A DNA stretch of 62,466 nucleotides, counting the filler. It is 6 parts of 6 records of this genome, joined end to end, with 100 filler letters (N's around TTAATTAATTAA, not from the genome) between each part and the next. Parts side by side here need not be neighbours in the genome. Positions count along the whole stretch, not along the records: positions 1 to 15,013 come from SRR20825010_6463; 5 more parts are not named here. One strand, 5' to 3'. Below are positions 1 to 9,759 of the stretch, piece by piece; position 1 is the first letter of the stretch, and the number at the start of each line of letters is the position of its first letter. Below the pieces are notes generated by a model. The model was given only the letters and a program-made list of their open reading frames with translations, was not told the DNA's origin and did no database searches. Made by a program: the position numbers and the translations under genes.

Positions 1-393
1 CAGCAGCGGATAGGCCGCGTTGCTGCAGATGAAGGCGCTGCTCAGATTGGTGTCGATCACTGTCCGCCAGTCCTGCAGCGAGAGCTTGTGCGGCACGTTG
101 CGGATATTGGTTCCGGCATTGTTGATCAGGATGTCGAGACGCCCGAACCGGTCTTTCGCCGCAGCCATGGCGGCAGCGCAATCCTCTTCGCTGGTCACGT
201 CGGCCGCAAAGGCGCTGGCCTTGACGCCGAGCGCCGTCAGCTTTCCTTCGGCGACGTTGTTTTTCTCGGAGTTGCGCCCGATGATCATGATTGACGCACC
301 AGCCTTGGCAAGTCCCTCGGCCATCGCCAGGCCGATGCCGCCGTTACCGCCCGTTACCGCGGCGACCTTGCCGCTCAGATCGAAAGCTCCCAT
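1..393 (-). CDS. Short-chain dehydrogenase/reductase (KduD/gluconate 5-dehydrogenase-like), 3' end outside the window
   Basis: Absent from the ORF track; translated by hand from ATG at 393: MGAFDLSGKVAAVTGGNGGIGLAMAEGL...DILINNAG. Contains the classical TGxxxGIG and NNAG motifs; G-rich RBS upstream. Confidence 0.88.
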   Translation of the reverse strand, partial: MGAFDLSGKVAAVTGGNGGIGLAMAEGLAKAGASIMIIGRNSEKNNVAEGKLTALGVKASAFAADVTSEEDCAAAMAAAKDRFGRLDILINNAGTNIRNVPHKLSLQDWRTVIDTNLSSAFICSNAAYPLL

Positions 394-963
394 CCCGTCC
401 CCCTGTTTGGCTTCTTTATTATCCTGATATGTCACTCTGATGGCCGCCGCCGAAAAGCACAATGTCTGTGCCGGAAGGAGACCGGTGCTTCGGGTGTCCG
501 GATCGCTTCATGATTCGGCGATGCGTCTTCCTGCGGGCCGCTGAGCCGTCATGGGGTGCTGACGGTCTTCATTGTAATGAAGCCGCGCAAGCTCGCATGG
601 ATCCCATATCCCAGAGCAAGGCGGGGTTTACAGGTTTTTAACGTTCTGACCTTTAGCGTAAATCATCCAGGGTTGTACGAGATACGCCGGGCTTTCAAAC
701 AAGGATCTATTCAGTGCTCCGGGTTTGATTTTTTAATTGCCGCGCATGCTATTTTCGCACTCTATGGGGGTGTTTTGCGTTTTAGGCTGACGGCTCCCGC
801 TGAAGCAACTCTGGATCCCCGCTGGCCGTAGGCTGCGGACCCGGAATGTGTGTTGCATATGAAATGGCGGCGGCCGGAGTGGCCGATAGAATTCGCTGTT
901 TCAGTAAGTCCGGAGAGGGAACGTGGTTCGGTGTAACGCTCCCGATCAAGTCGGAGGCCGCCT

Positions 964-2577
964 ATGATTGATGACGATGCCCTTATCTTCGCTGCCGAGG
1001 AGCCGGATACCGCTGCCCTGGACCGTCCGCATGCCGTGCAACCCAAATGGAAGATCATCATCATCGACGACGATCCGGGCATGCATGATGTCACCAAGTT
1101 GACGCTGGCGGATTTCGAGTTCGCGGGCCGCGGGTTGAGTTTCATCAGTTGTTATTCCGGCACCGAGGCAAAGGATGTTCTGGCGGAGCATCAGGATGCC
1201 GCGCTGATCCTGCTGGATGTGGTTATGGAGACCGAGCATGCCGGCCTTCAGGTTGTGCAGTACATTCGGGAGGAGCTGAATAACTGGCGCTCGCGTATTG
1301 TCTTGCGGACGGGGCAGCCAGGGCAGGCGCCGGAACGCAAGGTCATCGCGAATTACGACATCAACGACTACAAGGAAAAGACGGACCTCACTGCGACGAA
1401 GCTGTTCACCCTGCTGTGCAGCGCGCTCCGGTCCTATCGGGACATCATCACGATAGAGCAGAACAAGCACGGTCTGGAGCAGGTGATCTCGGCATCAGCC
1501 AATGTGTTCGAGCTCAAATCGATGAACAAGTTCGCCGAAGGGGCCCTCGAGCAGCTCACCGCGCTCCTCCATCTCGATCCAAGCGCGGTTTACATGCAGA
1601 AGAACAGTATGGTGAGAGGCGGTCTTGCAGCCTCCTATACCGGCGACAGATTACATATTTTGGCCGGGACAGGAGACTTCAGCACCTATGCGGGCCGCGA
1701 TGCGAAAAATGCTTTACCGGAAGACATTGTCCGCCGGCTGGATGGTGCCATCAAGAGCCGGAAAAGCAGTTATGAAGATGGTGATTTCATAGGCTTTTTC
1801 GAGGACCGGCAAGGCGGGGTGAACCTGACCTATATGTCCGGTGTCAGCGCGATCAGTCCGGTTGATAGGCGCTTGCTGGAGCTATTCATCCAGAACGTAT
1901 CCATCGCTTTCGAGAACGCGCAGCTGCACGAGGATGTCTTCAGCACGCAGCGTGAGATTGTCTATCTGCTCGGTGACGCGGTGGAGACCCGCTCGGAGGA
2001 AACAGGAAATCATGTGAAGCGGGTGGCTGAGATCAGCCGCATGCTCGCCGCCGCGTATGGGCTCGGCAGTGACGAGGTCGAGCTGATCAAGCTGGCTGCG
2101 CCGCTCCATGATATCGGCAAGATCGGCATTCCGGATGCCATACTGAACAAGCCCGGAAAACTTGAGCCGGAAGAGTGGGAGATCATGAAATCCCATGCTG
2201 AACTCGGTCACCGGATGCTTGTTGGATCAAACCGCAAGATTTTGAAAACAGCCTCGATCATTGCCCTGGAGCATCATGAGAAATGGGATGGCTCCGGTTA
2301 TCCGCATGGAAAAAAGGGTGAGGAAATTCACATCTATGGACGGCTGGTCGCAATCGCGGACGTGTTTGACGCTCTTGGCAGCACGCGAAGCTACAAGAAG
2401 GCCTGGTCGCCGGCGGATATCCGGACATTCATGACGGAGCAGCGCGGACGCCATTTCGATCCGCGCGGGATCGACCTGTTCATGGAGAGTTTTGACGAGA
2501 TCGCTGCCGTGCGCGAGCGTTTTTCGGATATGCCGTCATCTGACCAGCCCCGCTTGAGAGATCCCCATACGGCCTAG
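964..2577 (+). CDS. Response regulator with REC, DUF3369-like middle domain and HD-GYP c-di-GMP phosphodiesterase domain
   Basis: REC motifs IIIIDDD and LILLDVVME; HD-GYP motifs ETGNHVKRV, LHDIGKIGIPD, HHEKWDGSGYP, ADVFDAL; GGAGG RBS. Confidence 0.92.
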   Translation: MIDDDALIFAAEEPDTAALDRPHAVQPKWKIIIIDDDPGMHDVTKLTLADFEFAGRGLSFISCYSGTEAKDVLAEHQDAALILLDVVMETEHAGLQVVQYIREELNNWRSRIVLRTGQPGQAPERKVIANYDINDYKEKTDLTATKLFTLLCSALRSYRDIITIEQNKHGLEQVISASANVFELKSMNKFAEGALEQLTALLHLDPSAVYMQKNSMVRGGLAASYTGDRLHILAGTGDFSTYAGRDAKNALPEDIVRRLDGAIKSRKSSYEDGDFIGFFEDRQGGVNLTYMSGVSAISPVDRRLLELFIQNVSIAFENAQLHEDVFSTQREIVYLLGDAVETRSEETGNHVKRVAEISRMLAAAYGLGSDEVELIKLAAPLHDIGKIGIPDAILNKPGKLEPEEWEIMKSHAELGHRMLVGSNRKILKTASIIALEHHEKWDGSGYPHGKKGEEIHIYGRLVAIADVFDALGSTRSYKKAWSPADIRTFMTEQRGRHFDPRGIDLFMESFDEIAAVRERFSDMPSSDQPRLRDPHTA

Positions 2578-2972
2578 TTGGCGTCAGCCTGGCGAGGCTT
2601 GCCGTCAGGCACTGCCCAGTCCCAGGCTTCTTCAGCGGTCCGGCAAATCCGGTATTGCCAGCCGACCTCTGCCATAAGCGGCTCGAATTCCTTCAGAACG
2701 GGGAGAATTTTGGGATCGTTCGAGATTGCCGCGACGCGCAGTCTGGGATTGGAGCTCGCAGCGGGGATATGCATTTTCCCGGTCAGTGCGGCATCGTCCC
2801 GATTGAAGCTGGTGCTTGATATACCCCGGAGATCGTCGACCATATAACGGAATTTGTCCCAGTCCGGATGGCCCCATATCTCTCCGTTGGCCTGGAACAC
2901 GTCGACGAAATTAATATGTCCTGAAAAGACACGATGAATTCCGGCCTTGGTGTAGTCGATGACTATGGGCAT
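2574..2972 (-). CDS. Hypothetical protein, SpoIIAA/STAS-SEC14-like small alpha/beta domain
   Basis: ATG at 2972 after a GGGAG RBS; 132 aa with patterns (xxDLR, RVAAIS, ICRTAEEAWDW) reminiscent of SpoIIAA-like proteins. The family call is tentative. Confidence 0.6.
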   Translation of the reverse strand: MPIVIDYTKAGIHRVFSGHINFVDVFQANGEIWGHPDWDKFRYMVDDLRGISSTSFNRDDAALTGKMHIPAASSNPRLRVAAISNDPKILPVLKEFEPLMAEVGWQYRICRTAEEAWDWAVPDGKPRQADAN

Positions 2973-3142
2973 CGGTTCTCCCGCGCCTTGCGCGTAAAGC
3001 AACGGATGCAGCGTGCCCCACCACATGCATCTTCAACCGGTCACATACAGTGTCTCGAAAATTTCTTTGTTATGCAAATCGCGTGGACGGCACACTCCAG
3101 CTTTCTTCGTCCCAGTCATCACCGTAACAGGAACTCTCTCCA

Positions 3143-3976
3143 ATGAACGATGTCGCCGCCACACCCTTGCCCACCCTTGGCGCGGCCATGCCCGCCCGTA
3201 TGCTTGAGCGTTATCGGGACTGGCTGATCGATGGTCAGCGGGATCTCGAAATTCAGGATTTTCATACGGCGGAGGTTCTGAACGGCGACTGGAAGTCACG
3301 GGCGGCGGAAATCAAAAAGCAGCTTTCCGGATATACGGGCCGGCTCGGCATTCACGGACCGTTCTGGGGCTTTGTCATCGACTCCATGGACCCGGATATC
3401 CGCGAGGTCGTGAAAAAGAGGATGATGCAGGGCCTCGATGCCTGCGAGGAGATCGGCGCCACGCAGATGGTCGTGCACAGCCCCTTCACGACCTGGAATT
3501 ACAATAATTTCGATAACAAGCCGGGCAGCATGGAAGAGGCCGTCGGACGGGTGCATGCCACGCTGGACGATGCGGTGAAGCGGGCCGAGGCAATCGGCGT
3601 CACGCTGGTGATCGAGAATATCGAGGATATCGACCCGCGCTGGCGCGTCCGGCTGGCGGAGTCTTTCGACAGCGAGCGGGTCCGCGTTTCCATCGATACC
3701 GGGCATGCGCATTATGCCCACGGCTCGACCGGTGCGCCGCCCGTCGATTATTTCGTCGTTGCCGCAGGGAACATGCTGGAACATGTGCATCTGCAGGACG
3801 CGGACGGTTATGCCGACCGTCATTGGGTGATGGGTGAGGGGACGATCCGCTGGACGGCGGTCTTCCGGGCGCTTGAGGCCCTGACCTCCAATCCCCGTCT
3901 CATCATCGAGTTGCGGGACACGACACGCATCCTTGAGGCCGCCGATTATCTGGTAAAGGCCGGTCTGGCGCGCTGA
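3143..3976 (+). CDS. Sugar phosphate isomerase/epimerase family (xylose isomerase-like/AP endonuclease 2 TIM barrel)
   Basis: Metal-ligand motifs GIHGPF, LVIEN, IDTGHA, HVHLQD, DRHW and LIIE. Confidence 0.85.
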   Translation: MNDVAATPLPTLGAAMPARMLERYRDWLIDGQRDLEIQDFHTAEVLNGDWKSRAAEIKKQLSGYTGRLGIHGPFWGFVIDSMDPDIREVVKKRMMQGLDACEEIGATQMVVHSPFTTWNYNNFDNKPGSMEEAVGRVHATLDDAVKRAEAIGVTLVIENIEDIDPRWRVRLAESFDSERVRVSIDTGHAHYAHGSTGAPPVDYFVVAAGNMLEHVHLQDADGYADRHWVMGEGTIRWTAVFRALEALTSNPRLIIELRDTTRILEAADYLVKAGLAR

Positions 3977-4055
3977 TACGGGCAGTTTTTCTTTCGCAAT
4001 GCGGCATCACGCCCTATATCCATCGGAATTGTCTTTCGATTGAATGGGTGCGTCG

Positions 4056-4706
4056 ATGCCGGATTTGTCCAGTCTGCTGCAGCATAATGTGGAATGGGCC
4101 GAGGAAAGATTGCGGGAAGACCCGCACTATTTCGAACGTCTCTCCGGATTGCAGACACCGGATTACCTCTGGATCGGCTGTTCGGACAGCCGGGTGCCGG
4201 CGAATGTCATCACCGGCCTCGCGCCCGGCGAGGTCTTCGTGCACCGCAATGTCGCGAACCTGGTCCATCCCGGCGATCTGAACCTTCTGTCCGTGCTGGA
4301 ATTCGCCATCGGCGTGCTGCACGTCAAGCATGTGATCGTTTGCGGTCATTATGGCTGCGGCGGTGTCCACGCGGCGGTGGATGGCAATGCGCATGGTATC
4401 GTCGATCACTGGCTGCAGCCGATCCGCGATGTCGCGGAGCGTTATGAAGACGAGCTTCACACCTGCCATGGGGATGAGGATCGGCATAACAGGCTCTGTG
4501 AACTGAATGTTAGGGCGCAGGTGCAGACACTCGCCCGCACACCGATCGTCCGGGCCACCTGGGAAGCAGGCACGCCGCTGCATCTGCACGGCTGGGCCTA
4601 CGGTCTCGGGGACGGCCGGATCCGGGATCTCGAATGCACCGTCAGCGGCCCCGAAGGGCTGCTTTCCCGGAAGGTGGCGCAGGCCGGAGCTCTTAAAGAA
4701 TCCTAA
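4056..4706 (+). CDS. can: Beta-class carbonic anhydrase
   Basis: Zinc motifs WIGCSDSRVP and CGHYGCGGV, plus GEVFVHRNVAN. The start could instead be 4044. Confidence 0.95.
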   Translation: MPDLSSLLQHNVEWAEERLREDPHYFERLSGLQTPDYLWIGCSDSRVPANVITGLAPGEVFVHRNVANLVHPGDLNLLSVLEFAIGVLHVKHVIVCGHYGCGGVHAAVDGNAHGIVDHWLQPIRDVAERYEDELHTCHGDEDRHNRLCELNVRAQVQTLARTPIVRATWEAGTPLHLHGWAYGLGDGRIRDLECTVSGPEGLLSRKVAQAGALKES

Positions 4707-4762
4707 AGTGCGCCCTCCGCCGGCTTCCGGAAACCGGCGGAGGGCTATTGCTCCAGTCGCCT

Positions 4763-6475
4763 TTATTCAGCGGCGATACTGTCCTTCTGTGCCAACTCCC
4801 GCAGGCGGGCCAGAAACGCACTGACATCGTTGCGCAGGCCGTTCGTCTGGTTGCCAAGGGTTTCGGCCGTCTCGGCCACGGCTTCGGCGGCAACGCCGGA
4901 CTGATCGGCCGCATCCCTGACATGACGGATGCTGCTGGCGACCATCCCCGTATTGCCGGAAACATCCCCGACGGAGCGGACGATCTCCCGCGTGGCGGCG
5001 CTTTGCTCGTCCATGGCGGCGGCGATTGATCCGCTGACGCTGTCGATCTGCTGAATGACAGCGACGATGTCGGCGATTGCCGTTGCCGTTTCCTTCGTGA
5101 TCGTCTGCATTTCGGAAATCTGGTCGCCGATCTCCTTGGTCGCGGTGGCGGTTTCATTCGCCAGCGCCTTCACTTCCCCGGCCACGACGGCAAATCCCTT
5201 GCCCGCTTCGCCTGCCCGGGCGGCTTCGATGGTGGCATTGAGGGCCAGCAGATTGGTCTGCCCCGCGACGGAATTGATCATCTCGACGATTTCGGTGATC
5301 CGGTCGGCCGCGTTTTCGAGGCGCTGTACCGTGCCCGCGGTTTTCTCGGTTTTCTCCCGTGCGGTGCTTGTCGTTCGGTGCGCGTCTTCCACCTGGCGTG
5401 CAACCTCTCCGATCGAGCTGACAAGCTGCTCGGAGGCGGCTGAAACGGTCTCGACGCTGATACTGACCTGATCCGCTGCCTCGCCGACCGTAGCGGCCTG
5501 CTGCTTCGTGCTGGAGGAGGTCTGATTGACTGTTTGCGCCGTACTGGTCATGGCGGAGGATGCCTCTCCAAGCTTGCCGACGACATGTTCGATCGTGCCG
5601 GAGAACTCGCTCACAAGGGTATCGACGGCCTGCTTCTGCCGCATCTGGGCTGCGGCTTCCGCTCGTTCCCGTTCTTCCATTCTCCGCCGTTCCATAAGGC
5701 GGTCCCTGAACGTGACGATGGCATCGGCCATGGAGCCGATCTCATCCTTACGGTCGGTCGCGTCAATTTCGACGGACAGATCGCCATGGGCCAGCCGGCC
5801 TATCGCCTTGATGGACTTGGTCAGGGGGCTGACAATGGTCCGCCGGAACACGAGGACAAGAAGCACCATGATGGCGGCGACCAGAAGCACGGAAATAACG
5901 ACCCGCACCAGTGCCGCCTGAAAATCAGAAACCACGTCATCGACATAGACGCCGCTGCCGATGACCCAGCCCCAGGGCTTGTAAAGTTTCACATAGGAAA
6001 TCTTGTCCACTGGCTCATCGAAACCGGGCTTTGGCCACTGGTAGGGCATGAACCCGTCCCCGCCATTCGCGACGGTGCGGACGGCTTCCTTGAAGATCGC
6101 GACTCCGTTTGGATCCTTGATCCCCGATGCATCGCGCCCGTTCAGACTTGGTTTGATGGGGTGCATGATGATGGTTGGGCGCAGGTCGTTCACCCAGACA
6201 TAATCGTCATGCGCATAGCGCAGCCCGGCGAGGACCTTGATCGCTTCCGCCTTTGCCTCTTCCTCGCTGCGGCCTTCCGCCAGAGCGCGGGCCCGGATGC
6301 CATCCACAATGCTTGAGGAGGATTCGACGATGGACTTGATGCCGTTCCGCTTTCCGGCGTTCAGCATTTCCCATTGATCGATGGCCGTCCAGACTCCGAA
6401 CAGCACGTTCAGGATGGTGATTACGACGACGAATCCCATCATCTTGGCCGACAGGGTGATGTCCCGCAGACGCAT
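4763..6475 (-). CDS. Methyl-accepting chemotaxis protein with single Cache_2 sensor and HAMP
   Basis: Two TM segments flank a Cache_2-type domain ([25 protein letters not shown]); HAMP (RKDEIG); signalling hairpin [27 protein letters not shown]. Confidence 0.95.
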   Translation of the reverse strand: MRLRDITLSAKMMGFVVVITILNVLFGVWTAIDQWEMLNAGKRNGIKSIVESSSSIVDGIRARALAEGRSEEEAKAEAIKVLAGLRYAHDDYVWVNDLRPTIIMHPIKPSLNGRDASGIKDPNGVAIFKEAVRTVANGGDGFMPYQWPKPGFDEPVDKISYVKLYKPWGWVIGSGVYVDDVVSDFQAALVRVVISVLLVAAIMVLLVLVFRRTIVSPLTKSIKAIGRLAHGDLSVEIDATDRKDEIGSMADAIVTFRDRLMERRRMEERERAEAAAQMRQKQAVDTLVSEFSGTIEHVVGKLGEASSAMTSTAQTVNQTSSSTKQQAATVGEAADQVSISVETVSAASEQLVSSIGEVARQVEDAHRTTSTAREKTEKTAGTVQRLENAADRITEIVEMINSVAGQTNLLALNATIEAARAGEAGKGFAVVAGEVKALANETATATKEIGDQISEMQTITKETATAIADIVAVIQQIDSVSGSIAAAMDEQSAATREIVRSVGDVSGNTGMVASSIRHVRDAADQSGVAAEAVAETAETLGNQTNGLRNDVSAFLARLRELAQKDSIAAE

Positions 6476-6711
6476 TTTTCTTCCTTAGCCGATTTTAAGT
6501 TTTTGGATGAACCGGACGCGCCAGAGCACGGCGCCCGATGTTTTTTTCAGTGTCATAAGGGAGGATCGGCAGGGGGGATATGGCTAAGGAAACTCTTCCC
6601 GCAAGGCAGAAAGAGAAGGTGTGCGCGACGATGAGGCTGGCACTGAAAACGTATTGAAATTAAATGGTTTTCACGGGTTGGTTAATGTTCGGGCGAGGCG
6701 ATTTGTCGCGC

Positions 6712-7635
6712 TTAGGCGCGGGGCTTTCCCGGTGCGGTTTCCCCGGCGGGCCGCTCCGTCGCTTCCAGTGCATCAGCCAGTCGGTGTGCGGCGCTGCCGG
6801 GCCTCAAGGGCTTTTGCTGGGAGGCATGTGGGGCCCAGCCGGTCAGATAGAGAATCTGGAAACTTGCGGAGATCCTGCCATCGGGGGTGCCGTGGCGCTG
6901 CTGGTAGATTTCGGCGGCGCGCAGGAACACGCTTTTCGGTGTGGCGCTTTTGCGCCGTGCCGCGACGGCGTTGCCTTCTCCCATGCCGCGCAGCTCCCGC
7001 ATCAACAGGAAGGCGTTCTCGTAAGTCACCGTCAGCAGATCGCTGTCGACCACAGGAAGTGCGAACCCGGCACGCTGCATCAGCCCTGCCGCATCCTGTA
7101 GCTCCGCGAAGGGGGAGACTCGCGGGCCGGCGCCGCCGAGCACCTCGCTCTCCGCTTCCGTCAAGACGGCGCGTAGCTCGTGCAGCGTCTCGCCGCCCAG
7201 CATGGCGCCGAGGAACAGGCCATCCGGCTTCAGGCACTGCCGGGCCTGGACGAGCGCTCCCGGCAGATCGTTCACCCAATGCAGCGAAAGCGCGCTGACG
7301 ACGGCATCGAAACTGGCGGGGGCAAAGGGCAGGAGCTCTTCTTCCGCCGCAATGGCGGGGCCGTGCTCCGCCGCCTGCGAGGCGAACCGTTCAGACGGGT
7401 CCATCCCGACGATCCATTCGACACCGAGGCGCGGGTCCAGGCTGTCGCGCAGGAGCCCGCTGTGGCAGCCAAGGTCAAGCAGACGCGGAAACGTGCGCTG
7501 GATGTCGCCCATGCGGTCCGCGACCCGTTCCGAAATCTCCCGTTTCAGGAAGTCATGGGCGGCGAAGCTTGCGGCGGCGCGGTTCCGGTTGCGGCGGACC
7601 TGCTGGCGGTCGAAGACGAGCATCTGATCGGTCAT
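6712..7635 (-). CDS. SAM-dependent methyltransferase (BioC/NDUFAF5-like)
   Basis: Motif I LLDLGCHSG, LHWVNDLPG, LKPDGLF, GFALPVVD and C-terminal SQQKPLRPGSA; divergent from comF, as usual in alphaproteobacteria. Confidence 0.88.
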   Translation of the reverse strand: MTDQMLVFDRQQVRRNRNRAAASFAAHDFLKREISERVADRMGDIQRTFPRLLDLGCHSGLLRDSLDPRLGVEWIVGMDPSERFASQAAEHGPAIAAEEELLPFAPASFDAVVSALSLHWVNDLPGALVQARQCLKPDGLFLGAMLGGETLHELRAVLTEAESEVLGGAGPRVSPFAELQDAAGLMQRAGFALPVVDSDLLTVTYENAFLLMRELRGMGEGNAVAARRKSATPKSVFLRAAEIYQQRHGTPDGRISASFQILYLTGWAPHASQQKPLRPGSAAHRLADALEATERPAGETAPGKPRA

Positions 7636-7732
7636 GCCGCCGATATAGTCCATCGCGGGCGCCGGGGAAATGTTTCTGGTCCTCCCATGCCATCAATATC
7701 CGGCTGGAAAGGTGGGGGAGCGTGGCGACAGT

Positions 7733-8473
7733 ATGATCGGAAGTCTTGGCAGGCCGGCCTTGCATCTCGGGCGGAGCTTGTTCGATCTGGTGCTGCCGCC
7801 GCGCTGCAAGAAATGCGGCGCGCTGGTGGTCGAGGATGACGGGCTCTGCGCGGAGTGCTGGGCGGCGGCGACGTTCCTTGGGCCGCCCTGGTGCGCCTGT
7901 TGCGGGCTGCCTTTTGAATATGACCCCGGCCTCGGCGCCCTGTGCGGCGACTGTATAAGGGTTCCGCCATTATTTGAGCGGGCCCGGTCGGCGCTGGCTT
8001 ATGACGATGCCAGCCGGGAGATGATTCTGCGTTTCAAGCATGGCGGCGACGAGACGCTGTCCCGTCTGTTTGCCCGGTGGATGGCTCTGGCGGGCGGGGA
8101 TATGCTTATGCAGCAGACGGTCATCGTGCCGGTGCCATTGCATCCCTGGCGCCGGATCAGGCGGCGTTTCAACCAGTCGGCTTTGCTGGCGGCTGATCTC
8201 GCGCGTCTGACGGGGCTGCCGGATGATCCACTGTCGCTCGTCCGGGTAAAGCGGACGCCCAGTCAGGGCGGGCTCGGCAAGACGACCCGCACGTTGAATG
8301 TGCGCGGGGCCTTCGCGATCCGCCCTGACCGGCGCGAGCGGGTCGCGGGACGGCGCATTCTTCTGGTGGACGATGTCTGGACCTCGGGCGCCACTGCGGA
8401 GGCCTGTATCCGGGCCTGCCGCAAGGCGGGTTCCGGGCCCGTCAGCCTGCTAACACTGGCCCGTGTTCTCTAG
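7733..8473 (+). CDS. comF: ComF family protein (double zinc ribbon + PRTase-like domain)
   Basis: Four CxxC pairs, VPVPLH, RRFNQS, LLVDDVWTSGAT PRPP loop. Confidence 0.92.
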   Translation: MIGSLGRPALHLGRSLFDLVLPPRCKKCGALVVEDDGLCAECWAAATFLGPPWCACCGLPFEYDPGLGALCGDCIRVPPLFERARSALAYDDASREMILRFKHGGDETLSRLFARWMALAGGDMLMQQTVIVPVPLHPWRRIRRRFNQSALLAADLARLTGLPDDPLSLVRVKRTPSQGGLGKTTRTLNVRGAFAIRPDRRERVAGRRILLVDDVWTSGATAEACIRACRKAGSGPVSLLTLARVL

Positions 8474-8536
8474 GCATTGCCGAGGATCGCCGAGGCATCA
8501 TTCTGCGCTGCCGCTTGCGCCTGCTCGCGCGAAATG

Positions 8537-8565
8537 CTGGATTGATAGGCGCAGCATCCCTATTT
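8537..8565 (+). promoter_or_regulatory. Possible RpoH-type promoter for grxC
   Basis: CTGGAT-N15-CCCTATTT, the same spacing as the ibpA promoter in this window. The -35 match is imperfect. Confidence 0.3.
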
Positions 8566-8598
8566 GGGTGCGGTAAGCTTTCTCAAGGAGATCACCCG

Positions 8599-8865
8599 AT
8601 GGCCGAGGTCGAAATCTATACGACCATGTTTTGCCCGTTCTGCGTCCGCGCCAAGAAGCTGCTGGAAAGCAAGGACGTGCCGTTCACGGAAATCGATGTC
8701 AGCACCAGCAGCTCGAAGCGCGCCGAGATGACGGAAAAGGCGGATGGCCGCTACACCGTGCCGCAGATTTTCATCGATGGTACGGGGATCGGCGGTTCGG
8801 ATGAATTGGCGGCGCTCAACGCCAGTGGTAAACTCGACGAAATGTTGCAGGCGAAAGCTTCCTAA
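8599..8865 (+). CDS. grxC: Glutaredoxin 3
   Basis: CPFC active site, TVPQIFI, GGSDEL; AAGGAG RBS before ATG 8599. Confidence 0.95.
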   Translation: MAEVEIYTTMFCPFCVRAKKLLESKDVPFTEIDVSTSSSKRAEMTEKADGRYTVPQIFIDGTGIGGSDELAALNASGKLDEMLQAKAS

Positions 8866-8889
8866 ACGTCCGTTCAGGGGATCGATCCG

Positions 8890-9750
8890 ATGTCGAAATT
8901 CACCGTAGCGTGTGTCCAGACCAACTCGAAGCCGGACCCGGCGGTGAACATCGCCGAAGTCTCGCCGATGATCCGGGAAGCGAAAGCGCGGGGCGCGCAC
9001 TTCATCACCACGCCGGAAATCGTTGGCATGTTCGAGCCGGACAAGCCGGCGGCGCGGGCCAAGGCGAAGGTGGAGGAAGAGCATGAGGTGCTCATCGTCT
9101 TCCGTGGCCTCGCGGCGGAACTCGGTGTCTGGCTTCATGTCGGTTCGATCTCGGTCAAGCTGACGGATGACGACCGGCTCGCCAACCGCAGCTTCCTGAT
9201 CGCGCCGGACGGCAGCATCGCCGCGCGCTACAGCAAGATCCACATGTTCGACGTGCAGGTCGGCGACGGCCAGACTTATCGGGAGTCTGCTTCTTACAAG
9301 CCGGGTGAGGAAGGCGTGCTCGCCGAGACTCCGTGGGGCACGCTCGGCCTGACCATCTGCTACGATATCCGCTTCCCCTACCTCTACCGCTCCCTCGCGC
9401 AGGCAGGTGCCAAGGTGCTGTTCGCCCCGGCCGCCTTCACCAAGGTGACCGGAGAGGCGCACTGGCATGTGCTGCAACGGGCCCGTGCCATCGAGAACGG
9501 CTGTTTCGTGGTGTCCGCCGCCCAGTGCGGCACCCATGCGGGCGGCCGCCAGACCTATGGCCACTCGATCATCGTCGCTCCCTGGGGCGAGGTGCTGGCC
9601 GATGGCGGTGAGGAGCCGGGCATCATCACGGCCGAGATCGATCTCGCCAAGGTGGACGAGGCGCGCGGCAAGGTGCCGTCCCTGACCCATGACCGGGACT
9701 TCGCGGGGCCTAACCTCTATGACGCGGCGCTGCGCGAGGCTGGCGAGTAA
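8890..9750 (+). CDS. Carbon-nitrogen hydrolase (Nit1-like deaminated glutathione amidase)
   Basis: E-K-C triad motifs TTPE, YSKIHMFDV, ICYDIRFP; HWHVLQRARAIEN; directly follows grxC. Confidence 0.92.
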   Translation: MSKFTVACVQTNSKPDPAVNIAEVSPMIREAKARGAHFITTPEIVGMFEPDKPAARAKAKVEEEHEVLIVFRGLAAELGVWLHVGSISVKLTDDDRLANRSFLIAPDGSIAARYSKIHMFDVQVGDGQTYRESASYKPGEEGVLAETPWGTLGLTICYDIRFPYLYRSLAQAGAKVLFAPAAFTKVTGEAHWHVLQRARAIENGCFVVSAAQCGTHAGGRQTYGHSIIVAPWGEVLADGGEEPGIITAEIDLAKVDEARGKVPSLTHDRDFAGPNLYDAALREAGE

Positions 9751-9759
9751 GCAAAAACT

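Noticed and set aside
20-427. 135-aa plus-strand ORF in the track
   Set aside because: Antisense to the SDR gene, which carries clear family motifs on the minus strand.
394-963. Long intergenic region upstream of the HD-GYP gene, examined for a c-di-GMP riboswitch or small gene
   Set aside because: I could not see the c-di-GMP-I/II conserved cores, and the short ORFs have no support. An Rfam scan would be needed to exclude an ncRNA.
3990-4020. Possible RpoH promoter (CCCTATAT) before the carbonic anhydrase gene
   Set aside because: The -35 match (CTTTCG) is too weak to support.
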